Below, in pieces: positions 41,188-52,737 of a stretch of 64,000 nt of DNA. The translations under genes were made by a program, and so were the position numbers. This stretch comes from Haliotis rufescens (Eukaryota): NCBI RefSeq assembly GCF_023055435.1, contig NW_025964361.1, positions 6,572,001 through 6,636,000 of the forward strand, written 5' to 3'. The notes below the pieces were generated by a model. The model ran no database searches, had not been told where the DNA came from, and was given only the letters and a program-made list of their open reading frames with translations. The stretch's first letter is position 1. Each line of letters begins with the position of its first letter.

Positions 41188-43182
41188 CTTGGAAGAAGAC
41201 ACACTTGGAATGATACAGCAGTGAGCGAAACGTAGAGGTCAGCGGAGCAAAAGCGATCGTTTTTCTGTTGAAAACAGAAGGGACGTCGATAACGGCAACG
41301 GTAACTACGTTACGGAGTTCGATGAGTCAGAACGAGGCTCATCGCCAGCTTCCGGCGTGGTAAAGCCTAATGGCATTGCCAAGGGTGAAAACTGCCGGGT
41401 TTATTTCGTCTGAACACCGGTATTAAGTTGTATCTTACAACTGAAACGTTGCCTACATCAGTTCAGAGTTTGAAAAAATTGTGCAGGTGAAACTGGGTGT
41501 TTTTCGTGCCTCCATTACCCGAAACAGGGTGAATTTTGTTCACTATGAGATGGACATTAACCTTAAACGTTTGCTATGCCGAATAGCGATACCATATAAC
41601 GACCCTCTATTATACTAGCCTTCACAATACCTTTTACATTCGACAAACTGACACGGGCTAGCAGGCTAGTAAGAATGCACATCTCTGATAATCCAAGTGG
41701 GATTTGGGAATTATTCCCAAGCCTACAGGGATAAAATAAAAGTTCAATGGTACTGGTATTTTCCAACGTGTGCAGCGACAGTTCTTATTTGGTTTGATTT
41801 CTAATCTGGAAACACGACGACCACAGAAAAAAGCTAATAGGAGAGAAACAATAAATGACAAGCATATTGGTTTTTACTACACTAGGCCTGAGGGGCCGAC
41901 CATTTCATGTTCCTTTGGAAGGGGGAGTGGGCGACGTTGGATTTTGTATGGAGACTAGATATTTTGCAGCTACAAATGCAAAATCAGTTAATATAAACTA
42001 TGAGCCTAAATAAAACATTTTTCAAAAACCCACCTTGCAACAACGTATTTTTGGTGGCCGACATGTTCTTTTTGTCCAACAGATGGAAGCATATTTAGTT
42101 TTCAATCAACTTTGGAGACAATATATTTTTTTCTGAAAAAATCCTAGCAACCCACACACTCACAGTCAGAGAAATCCTATTGACCGTCCCATTTTGAAAA
42201 CCTTGATGTGGACGTACAGGGGTAGAATTCAGACCCCTTGTATCATTTAGGTATTTTTGTAGAATGCCAGATACGAATATTACGTCATATATATATATAT
42301 ATTAATCTACTCTTGCATACAAGTGGGTGTCAATATAGGCTTTCTACTTGCGCCTGGCCTCGGCCTATGTATAAAAGCATGCCCTCTGCAATTTCTGAAG
42401 ACCACGGGCCAAAAGACCAGCAGTGAGGTGATGAGACGAGTGGAATCCAATATTGACTGAGGCGAAGGGAGATCACTCTCAATCCCTTGTCCGACTACTG
42501 CTATTAGTTGGGTGAAGTGCTCGTAATATATCCCATGTGGCGACACTTGTGTTTTAGAGAAGAAAGGCAATTCTCGATTCGCACTCCTTTATAAAGGAAG
42601 CCACAATTATTGTTACATTAGAAACGATTAGCTATTATATTGGAATATAAAATTTATTCCAGATAACAAAGTATCAGAGAGCTGTCCTCAGAGAATATCC
42701 CGTGTCACAATTGTCGCCACATAAACATTTAGAAGTGTCTGATCTTAAGGTAACCCCACCTATTTAGAAATCTTCTGCTAAGTGCAGATCATGAAATTGG
42801 GACACAGCAGCACAGCAATATAGAGGCAGCATTCACTTTTTAACAATATCCATATGAATTTATGTCTCATGTTCGGAAATCTTGGGATTTGGCCAATATT
42901 GCGATGCTGCTGTCGCCCATATATTATTAGCTGTAAGGAAGAAACACTGTAGAGAAAACAGACGACTTGTGTATACATTACAGAAACATTTATTCAGATG
43001 ACCGAAAGTCGAAAGTAATATGCCTCAAGGGAGATCCAAAAACGGGCCAAAATTGTATAGAAAGTATGGTCTTGTGCCATGCTAATAAGCCAAGAGGTTT
43101 GCCGAAAGGAAGCTGAAAGTTGGGCCAAAACTGTGAGCCTAAAAATACGCCAAAAATACGCTAAGAGCGGGTATATGGAATG

Positions 43183-43225
<43 letters not shown>

Positions 43226-43819
43226 CATGTATGCTCGTTCATTCACTCTAACCCTCACCTCTAACATGCATCCACTCTCCCTCTCACACATACAAACATA
43301 CATACATACACACATTATTATACATACATGCTCATTCACTCTCTCACACTCACACACAAATACACACACATACATGCATACAGACAGACAGACATGCCGA
43401 TTCAATCTTTCATTTACTCTCACACACGCACACAATACACACACACACACACACACAAACATACATATTCATTCAGTCTCTCTTTCTCACACACTTATAC
43501 ATATACATACACACACATGCATGTTCATTCAAACTTATATTTACTCACACACAAATACACAAACATACATGCATACAGACAGACATGCCGATTCAATCTT
43601 TCATTTACTCTCACACACGCACACAATACACACACACACACACACACAAACATACATATTCATTCAGTCTCTCTTTCTCACACACATATACATACACACA
43701 CATGCATGTTCATTCAAACTTATATTTACTCTCACACATACATACATACATACATACATACACACCTGCTCATTCATTCACTCACTTGCACACATTCAGA
43801 CATTAAAAGGATAAGGAGT

Positions 43820-44804
43820 CTAAGAGAAGATCTTCCTAAAGAAGGCAGCCGCTCTCGTCAGCGCCTTTCTAAGGGGATGAATCTCTCTGCCATCCACAAA
43901 GCTGTGGTCGTCCTCGTCCTCGTACACCCAGTAGTCACTGTCATCGTCGTCACTTGGGGCAGGATAGTAAGCGGCGTGGTTGATGGTGACGGGGGCGGGG
44001 AGCGTCTCACCGTAGACAGGGCGGGCCCAGAACGGAGTGAAAACGCTCAGGGGGTCGGGACAACGGGAAGGGGACACAGCCAGGGAACGCTACACATCGA
44101 GGGGTGGAGGGAGGGACAAAGGAAGTCAAGTGAGACAGAAATACGGGATACTTTTGCAAAGAAAACGAATCACACTTTATTATAGGGACTGGGCAGACTT
44201 AATGTGCAACAAATCAGCTATACTAGACGGAAGAATTTATAGGGTGGGCATGTAAAACTACATACACAGTCGGACTCCTCATCCTGAGACGGCCACAAAC
44301 TCACAGCCGCAGGAGTGCCATAATAGCGAATTATGTCCTCCCGAGCTGAAAAAGAAAAACGAAAGCTAGCCTCAGTTAAATGTACGCCGACGGCTACGTT
44401 CAAAAAAACACAATTCATGACTTCTGACAGCTACAGTATGCCACTCGACCTCGGCCCTTTGACACCTCGAAGTCCAAGTGTATGTAGGGTTACGGGCTGT
44501 ACTGCAAGACGACATTTAACCAATAAAATGGGCCAAACAGCTGCCTTTCACGGAATACGGGTTATCTTACATCTGTTTAACATCGCCCGACACTATAATG
44601 TACGAACAGGTTTCATCTGAGAACCACATGTCAAGTTTACAATCTAACATTTTCAGTTATGACAATTGCAAATGGCGGCCGCCATCTTCAGTCCCGATAC
44701 TGCTGCCTTACAACGACCAATTTCACGTCTAATTTAACATCTTAATACTGTTAAGTGGAATAATTATGATCTTAAATACCTTGAATGTGAAGCCTTGTAT
44801 TCAT
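43820..44804 (-). CDS. Array gene copy 13 (111 aa, one D>G change)
   Basis: Exons 44804-44780, 44345-44305, 44089-43820; FVDDRE becomes FVDGRE via the SNP at 43890. Confidence 0.6.
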
Positions 44805-47436
44805 CTTGGAAGAAGACACACTTGGAATGATACAGCAGTGAGCGAAACGTAGAGGTCTGCGGAGCAAAAGCGATCGTTTTTCTGTTGAAAACAGAAGGGA
44901 CGTCGATAACGGCAACGGTAACTACGTTACGGAGTTCGATGAGTCAGAACGAGGCTCATCGCCAGCTTCCGGCGTGGTAAAGCCTAATGACATTGCCAAG
45001 GGTGAAAACTGCCGGGTTTATTTCGTCTGAACACCGGTATTAAGTTGTATCTTACCACTGAAACGTTGCCTACATCAGTTCAGAGTTTGAAAAAATTGTG
45101 CAGGTGAAACTGGGTGTTTTTCGTCCCTCCATTACCCGAAACAGGGTGAATTTTGTTCACTTTGATATGGACATTAACCTTAAACGTTTGCTAGGCCGCA
45201 TAGCGATACCATATAACGACCCTCTATTATACTAGCCTTCACAATACCTTTTACATTCGACAAACTGACACGGGCTAGCAGGCTAGTAAGAATGCACATC
45301 TCTGATAATCCAAGTGGGATTTGGGAATTATTCCCAAGCCTACAGGGATAAAATAAAAGTTCAATGGTACTGGTATTTTCCAACGTGTGCAGCGACAGTT
45401 CTTATTTGGTTTGATTTCTAATCTGGAAACACGACGACAAAAGAAAATAGCTAATAGGAGAGAAAGATAAATGACAAGCATATTGGTTTTTACTACACTA
45501 GGCCTGAGGGGCCGACCATTTCATGTTCCTTTGGATGGGGGAGTGGGCGACGTTGGATTTTGTATGGAGACTAGATATTTTTCAGCTACAAATGCAAAAT
45601 CAGTTAATATAAACTATGAGCCTAAATAAAACATTTTTCAAAAACCCACCTTGCAACAACGTATTTTTGGTGGCCGACATGTTCTTTTTGTCCAACAGAT
45701 GGAAGCATATTTAGTTTTCAATCAACTTTGGAGACAATATATTTTTTTCTGAAAAAATCCTAGCCACCCACACACTCACAGTCAGAGAAATCCTATTGAC
45801 CGTCCCATTTTGAAAACCTTGATGTGGACGTACAGGGGTAGAATTCAGACCCCTTGTATCATTTAGGTATTTTTGTAGAATGCCAGATACGAATATTACG
45901 TCATATATATATATTAATCTACTCTTGCATACAAGTGGGTGTCAATATAGGCTTTCTACTTGCGCCTGGCCTCGGCCTATGTATAAAAGCATGCCCTCTG
46001 CAATTTCTGAAGACCACGGGCCAAAAGACCAGCAGTGAGGTGATGAGACGAGTGGAATCCAATATTGACTGAGGCGAAGGGAGATCACTCTCAATCCCTT
46101 GTCCGACTACTGCTATTAGTTGGGTGAAGTGCTCGTAATATATCCCATGTGGCGACACTTGTGTTTTAGAGAAGAAAGGCAATTCTCGATTCGCACTCCT
46201 TTATAAAGGAAGCCACAATTATTGTTACATTAGAAACGATTAGCTATTATATTGGAATATAAAATTTATTCCAGATAACAAAATATCAGAGAGCTGTCCT
46301 CGGAGAATATCCCGTGTCACAATTGTCGCCACATAAACATTTAGAAGTGTCTGATCTTAAGGTAACCCTACCTATTTAGAAATCTTCTGCTAAGTGCAGA
46401 TCATGAAATTGGGACACAGCAGCACAGCAATATAGAGGCAGCATTCACTTTTTAACAATATCCATATGAATTTATGTCTCATGTTCGGAAATCTTGGGAT
46501 TTGGCCAATATTGCGATGCTGCTGTCGCCCATATATTATTAGCTGTAAGGAAGAAACACTGTAGAGAAAACAGACGACTTGTGTATACATTACAGAAACA
46601 TTTATTCAGATGACCGAAAGTCGAAAGTAATATGCCTCAAGGGAGATCCAAAAACTGGCAAAATTGTATAGAAAGTATGGCCTTGTGCCATGCTAATAAG
46701 CCAAGAGGTTTGCCGAAAGGAAACTGAAAGTTGGGCCAAGACTGTGAGCCTAAAAATACGCCAAAAATACGCTAAGAGCGGGTATATGGAATGGTAGTCT
46801 CTCTCTCTCTCTCTCTCTCTCTCATACATGTATGCTCGTTCATTCACTCTAACCCTCACCTCTAACATACATACACTCTCCCTCTCACACATACAAACAT
46901 ACATACACACATTATTATACATACATGCTCATTCACTCTCTCACACTCACACACAAATACACACACATACATGCATACAGACAGACAGACAGACAGACAT
47001 GCCGATTCAATCTTTCATTTACTCTCACACACGCACACAATACACACACAAACATACATATTCATTCAGTCTCTCTTTCTCACACACATATACATATACA
47101 TACACACACATGCATGTTCATTCAAACTTATATTTACTCACACACAAATACACACACATACATGCATACAGACAGACAGACAGACATGCCGATTCAATCT
47201 TTCATTTACTCACACACGCACACAATACACACACACACACACAAACATACATATTCATTCAGTCTCTCTTTCTCACACACATATACATACACACACATGC
47301 ATGTTCATTCAAACTTATATTTACTCTCACACAAACGCACACATACATACATACATACATACATACATACATACATACACACCTGCTCATTCATTCACTC
47401 ACTTGCACACATTCAGACATTAAAAGGATAAGGAGT

Positions 47437-48421
47437 CTAAGAGAAGATCTTCCTAAAGAAGGCAGCCGCTCTCGTCAGCGCCTTTCTAAGGGGATGAATC
47501 TCTCTGTCATCCACAAAGCTGTGGTCGTCCTCGTCCTCGTACACCCAGTAGTCACTGTCATCGTCGTCACTTGGGGCAGGATAGTAAGCGGCGTGGTTGA
47601 TGGTGACGGGGGCGGGGAGCGTCTCACCGTAGACAGGGCGGGCCCAGAACGGAGTGAAAACGCTCAGGGGGTCGGGACAACGGGAAGGGGACACAGCCAG
47701 GGAACGCTACACATCGAGGGGTGGAGGGAGGGACAAAGGAAGTCAAGTGAGACAGAAATACGGGATACTTTTGCAAAGAAAACGAATCACACTTTATTAT
47801 AGGGACTGGGCAGACTTAATGTGCAACAAATCAGCTATACTAGACGGAAGAATTTATAGGGTGGGCATGTAAAACTACATACACAGTCGGACTCCTCATC
47901 CTGAGACGGCCACAAACTCACAGCCGCAGGAGTGCCATAATAGCGAATTATGTCCTCCCGAGCTGAAAAAGAAAAACGAAAGCTAGCCTCAGTTAAATGT
48001 ACGCCGACGGCTACGTTCAAAAAATTACAATTCATGACTTCTGACAGCTACAGTATGTCACTCGAACTCGGCCCTTTGACACCTCGAAGTCCAAGTGTAT
48101 GTAGGGTTACAGGCTGTGCTGCAAGACGACATTCAACCAATAAAATGGGCCAAACAGTTGCTTTTCACGTAATACAGGTTATCTTACATATGTACAACAT
48201 CGCCCGACACTATAATGTACGAACAGGTTTCATCTGAGCACCACATGTCAAGTTTACAATCTAAAATGTTCAGTTAAGACAATTGCAAATGGCGGCCGCC
48301 ATCTTCAGTCCCGATACTGCTGCCTAACAACGACCAATTTCACGTCTAATTTAGCATGTTAATACTGTGAAGTGGAATAATTGTGATCTTAAATACCTTG
48401 AATGTGAAGCCTTGTATTCAT
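47437..48421 (-). CDS. Array gene copy 14 (terminal copy; CDS identical to consensus, non-coding parts diverged)
   Basis: Exons 48421-48397, 47962-47922, 47706-47437; all splice sites intact. Confidence 0.6.
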
Positions 48422-49040
48422 CTTGGAAGAAGACACACTTCGAAAGATACAGCAGTGAGCGAAACGTGGATATAACCGGAGCAAAAGCGATCGTTTTTCT
48501 GTTGGAAACAGAAGGGGACGTCGGTACCGGCAACGGTAACTACGTTACGGAGTTCGAGGACTCAGAACGAGGCGCCTAGGCTAAACGTATGGCCGCCTTT
48601 AGGGTCATTTGTTTTGTCTTCTTCTTGTTTTTTCTTGAAATTTCAAGACACGAAGCTGAAATTTCAAAATGTAAAGTTTGGAGTTTGAAAAAATTGTTTT
48701 GGTGTTTTTCGTTCCTCCATAACTCGGAACACTGTGAACGTGAATTTCATTCACTTTGATACGGATCATCAATGGTAAACGTTAACCTCACATATTTGCT
48801 ACCCCGAATATCGATACCGTATGGAATCTATATAAGAACAACCTAAAATCTTAAATTCTACTGGCCTTCGGAATACCTAAATTGTTTCATTCCACAAAGT
48901 GAAACGGTGATAGCGGTTAGATCACTGATGATCAAAGTAGGATTTAGCAATTATTCCTTTGTCTAACTTAAAGAGAAAATCTTTCAACGAGCAAGTCGGT
49001 GACTTAAAATGATGAAACAGGGACTGGGTCATTTATTATA

Positions 49041-49281
49041 GGACCCGTGAAGATCCAGGTTGAGAATAGGTCTTCAGCAACCCACGCTTGCTGTAACAGG
49101 CGACTAACGGGATCGGGTGGTCAGACTCACTGACTTAATGATGCATGTCATTGTATCCCAATAGCGAAGATCGATGCTCATGATGTCAATAACTGGATTG
49201 TCTGGTCCAGACGCGATTATTTACAGACAGCCGTCATATAGCTGGACTATTGCTTGGTGCGGCGTTAAACAACAAACAAAC
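49041..49281 (+). mobile_element. Short interspersed repeat (SINE-like family), copy A
   Basis: GGACCCGTGAAGATCC...GGCGTTAAACAACAAACAAA; similar to copies at ~49846-50060 (+), ~52219-52465 (-), ~53980-54060 (-) and ~56125-56285 (-). Confidence 0.75.
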
Positions 49282-49845
49282 ATGTATTATTGGGAAGGGG
49301 TCGGTGAGATTCAGGGGGTGGGAGTCATGGAAATGACAGCGACACACACAGAGAGGTGGCCAAAATGTATCAGTCCTGAAATGAAACGTCTTTGATGGTG
49401 TGTAAGTGAGTGCAAGTATTTTCACAACGTCTGTTTAATGTGGGACAATTTACGTCGATGTTTACCATTCTACAAGCACAAGCATGGTCCTATCAAACAA
49501 AGGGGTAATAAGTTCGAAAGCGCGATTCAAACCCCACGATAAGCAGATTCTGCCAAGACGAAGGAATTAACACTCCACGGCTTATTATTGTGTCCTTTTT
49601 TTAATGGCCGCCATAACTGTACATCTGCTACAAATCATTCTCTTATTTAAGGGCGTACTTTCCCAGTGGCCCAAGGAGAAGTTCGCGTTCACCATCATCA
49701 CATCAAAGAAATACGAAAAAGTGTATTCAGCCACTTCAGAAATTCCTGGTCATGATTCTACTGTTTTATCATCAATGACAAGGTTCAAGAGTGGTCTCAT
49801 TCCCAATATGTGGAGCGTAGTGCAAGGAGTACTAGTAGGGGAGGT

Positions 49846-50062
49846 GACCCAATGGGTTAGAATTGGTCTTCCCATGCTTCTCTAAGAGGCGACCAACCGA
49901 TCGGGTCGTATGGCTCGCTGACCTCGAGATATGATGGTTGTTGCATGTCATTGTATCCCAGTTGCATAGATCGATGCTAATGTCCAGTTCAGATAGGATT
50001 ATTTACAGACCTGTCTTATAGCTTGAACATTGCCGAGTGCTGCGTTAAGCAAAACAGCAGCA
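49846..50062 (+). mobile_element. Same SINE-like family, diverged copy B
   Basis: Shares GCATGTCATTGTATCCCA, GATCGATGCT, GATTATTTACAGAC and GCGTTAA blocks with copy A. Confidence 0.7.
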
Positions 50063-50084
50063 AAACTAGGGGAGTGGGTGAAAT

Positions 50085-50346
50085 GGGGTTTAACATTACG
50101 TTTGTGATTTATTGCACTTTTAACGTCTTGTGTATGCATCTGGGTGGGTGTGACTGCTTGTAATTGTCTGGACTAATTCCAGTTTTAAAGTGCTGACCCA
50201 CAGCGATACCATGTCGCAGCTTCACATAGGTACTGCACTCAAGACACATTGCACTCACTTCCATCCAGTCTCTACTTGTTTTATGCTCTGAATGTGGAGC
50301 GCCAGGCAGGGTTACATTATGTGACCAGAATCGAACCCACGACCTT
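50085..50346 (-). mobile_element. Decayed tRNA-derived SINE
   Basis: The minus strand has a B-box GGTTCGATTC (~50329-50338) and CCCTGCCTGGCGCT, shared with the SINE at 50682-50995. Confidence 0.5.
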
Positions 50347-50590
50347 CATCTTTCAAATATATATATTTCTCTATTGTTGAAAGACTTTGGTTCCCATGAC
50401 GCAATTTTGAACAGTATTTCAGTTATATCCGTGATGTTGCAGTTTAATGTGGGAAGAAAGTCTTCGTCAGGACAAAGGAGGAACTTTGCACAGTGAAACA
50501 TCATGGCAATTCTTTCGGTCACCCCGTGACCCGGAATGCTTGAAATAATGTGTTTCAGCTGCTCAGCTCAAACCTATATGACTACCTCCA

Positions 50591-50683
50591 GGGCCCACTT
50601 GCACAAAGCGATCTTAGCGCTAAGACTATTGTAAGCCTATGCTAAAGTATGGGAGTTACGATCATCTTAGCGCTAAGATCGCT
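50591..50683. mobile_element. Small palindromic MITE-like element
   Basis: Perfect 19-bp inverted repeat AGCGATCTTAGCGCTAAGA (50607-50625) / TCTTAGCGCTAAGATCGCT (50665-50683). Each arm contains the palindrome TCTTAGCGCTAAGA. Confidence 0.65.
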
Positions 50684-50995
50684 AGTGGTAGAGCGTCTGC
50701 CCATAGTGAGCAAGATCCAGGGTTCGACCCCCGTCTTGGCACACGAAAAGATGTAAAAAGATGGAACTTGTTACCCTGCCTGGCGCTTGGCATTAAGGGG
50801 CTAAAACAAGGACTGGTCAGCTCGGGAGTCAGTATGCTCTATGAGTGGGGTATTCATGTTAAACTGGTATCTCAGTTGGCTAGCATTATGAAAACAGTCT
50901 GTACTATTACAAGCAGGTACACATGTACATGATCAAAAGTGCAACAATCTTGGAAACAGAGTTAAAGCCCAATTCACTTCATCTCACCTCACCTC
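50682..50995 (+). mobile_element. tRNA-derived SINE (5'-clipped)
   Basis: tRNA-like head AGTGGTAGAGCGTCTGCC...GGGTTCGACCCC (A-box remnant and B-box), a body, and a (CTCAC)n-type tail. Confidence 0.65.
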
Positions 50996-51289
50996 AAACC
51001 TATATCATCTTACTTCTCTAATGGGTATCCAGGCCTACAAAAATAAGAAAGCAATACTCATTTTGTTTGATATTTTATTCCATGCATCCATTACAGTAAA
51101 TATACTGTAACATCACTGATATTCTGTACATATTAAATATGAGTTGTGGAATCTGGCAGTATGCTGTAATGTAGAATTGTATTACATGTATTTGTAAAAA
51201 TCATAATTTCATGGTAGTGTCACACTGAACAGTTCCTGTGTGGTCTGTTTAATTCTAGACCCCACTAATAGCTATATTTGTTCAGAGTA

Positions 51290-51392
51290 GTGAGTGAGTA
51301 CGGTTTTACACCGCTTTCAGCAATATTCCATCAATATCACGGCAGGGCACACCAGAAATGGTCTTCACACATTGTACCCATGTCTGGAATCA
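51290..51392 (-). mobile_element. SINE 3' fragment
   Basis: GTGAGTGAGT...ACACCGCTTTCAGCAATATTCC tail, similar to the tails at ~51565-51610 and ~52230-52260. Confidence 0.55.
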
Positions 51393-52218
51393 GAGTAAAC
51401 TGACACTATATCTTATACTTTCTGAGAAGAAACCATCAGGGCAGGGGCAGACATTACAGAGTACTTTATCATGGGATCTAGTTCATGTAGTTAGAAACTC
51501 ATGTACAAGGTGTAGGGAATGTGAAATGGGCTTTTGGTTGATTAATGTGGTAAGACAACAGAGAGAGTGAGTGACTTTAGTTTAACACCGCTTAGTCCAG
51601 TTATATCGCAGCCTGTCAGCTTAATGTGGGAGGAAAGCCAGAAGTGGTGCAGGTTTCAGACGATTACCACTTTGGTGAAACCCACGAGCACGGGTATGGT
51701 GCTGACAAACATAGAAACATAATCAGGGTGAGGCAGACCAACAGAGAGATGAACTTCAAAATGAATGATGTGTAATGTGACAGTCTGCAATATTTCAGCT
51801 GTATCATGGTGAGAAATCAAGTCTTGACCAGATAAGAAAACACAACGTTGTGGATAACAACTACTGGTTTATTGCATTTAGCAATGTTTTAATGTTGATT
51901 CTCACACCGTTATCATGGTTATCACTTCAGCTTGATAACAGTGAAAGAATGTACATGAAAACATTTCTAAATGCAAAAAAACAGAAGTTGTTATTCATAA
52001 TGTTCTGTTTTCTTATTTACTCGTCAACTTCTAGAATGACAATGAAATAGATAGACCAGATAAAAGCAATTAATTAAGTCACAGAGCTCATCCCAAGTTT
52101 AGTCATCTCTTGCAACATGTACAAGCGTGAAGTACTAGGGACCTGTTCTGATCTGGAATACCAATGAAGCACACTTCACAAGTGTATTTAATAAATAACA
52201 TCCTGTAATATACAATTA

Positions 52219-52465
52219 GTTTGTTTGTTTTTTAACACCGCACTCAGCAATATTCCAGCTATATGACAGCAGTCTGGAAATAATCGAGTCTGAACCAGAC
52301 AATCCAGTGATTGACATCATGAGCATCGATCCACACAATTGGAAACGATGACATGCATGAACCTAGTCAGCAAGATTGACCACCCAATGCTGTTAGTCGC
52401 CTCTTATGACAAGCATAGTTGCCTTTTATGGCAAGCATGGGTTGCTGAAGACCTATTCTAGCCCA
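52219..52465 (-). mobile_element. SINE-like family of 49041-49281, reverse-oriented copy C
   Basis: The reverse complement aligns by eye along the length of copy A. Confidence 0.75.
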
Positions 52466-52737
52466 GTACCACACCATCACTTGTCCCATCTTCTTCAACA
52501 ACAAGCCATGTATAAATCAATGTCAACATGCACTTTATTGCACAAACGTTCAATGACAACCATAGTGTGTATCTCCAGGTAGCAATCACATCTGCTACAG
52601 AACACTTGTCTTAATGGTTACACAATAAAATCAATAAACAAATAACAGACAAACACCTTTTGCTTGACAGCATCCACTCTGTATCACAACACATGGTCCT
52701 CTCCCACTTTAAAAAGTTAACAGTGATCGTCTTCTTA

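Larger units (their letters stand above)
1..48957. repeat. Tandem array (macrosatellite / ampliconic gene array) of a ~3.5 kb unit, 14 units visible, open at the left edge
   Basis: The anchor CGAC(C/A)A(C/A)AGAAAA recurs at 1, 3511, 7052, 10541, 14054, 17500, 20991, 24534, 27982, 31446, 34906, 38366, 41818 and 45435. Periods are 3446-3617 bp and the ORF track repeats the same translations. Near-identity ends at ~48,570 and degenerate similarity persists to ~48,957. Confidence 0.99.

Noticed and set aside
1-48957. CRISPR array or other prokaryotic system
   Set aside because: The sequence is eukaryotic (spliceosomal introns, SINEs) and there is no repeat-spacer structure.
50682-50742. tRNA gene
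   Set aside because: The 5' acceptor stem is missing, there is no T-run terminator, and it continues into a SINE body.
49174-52050. Short ORFs between the array and TRAPPC2
   Set aside because: They overlap SINE fragments or AT-rich DNA, with no homology or exon structure seen.
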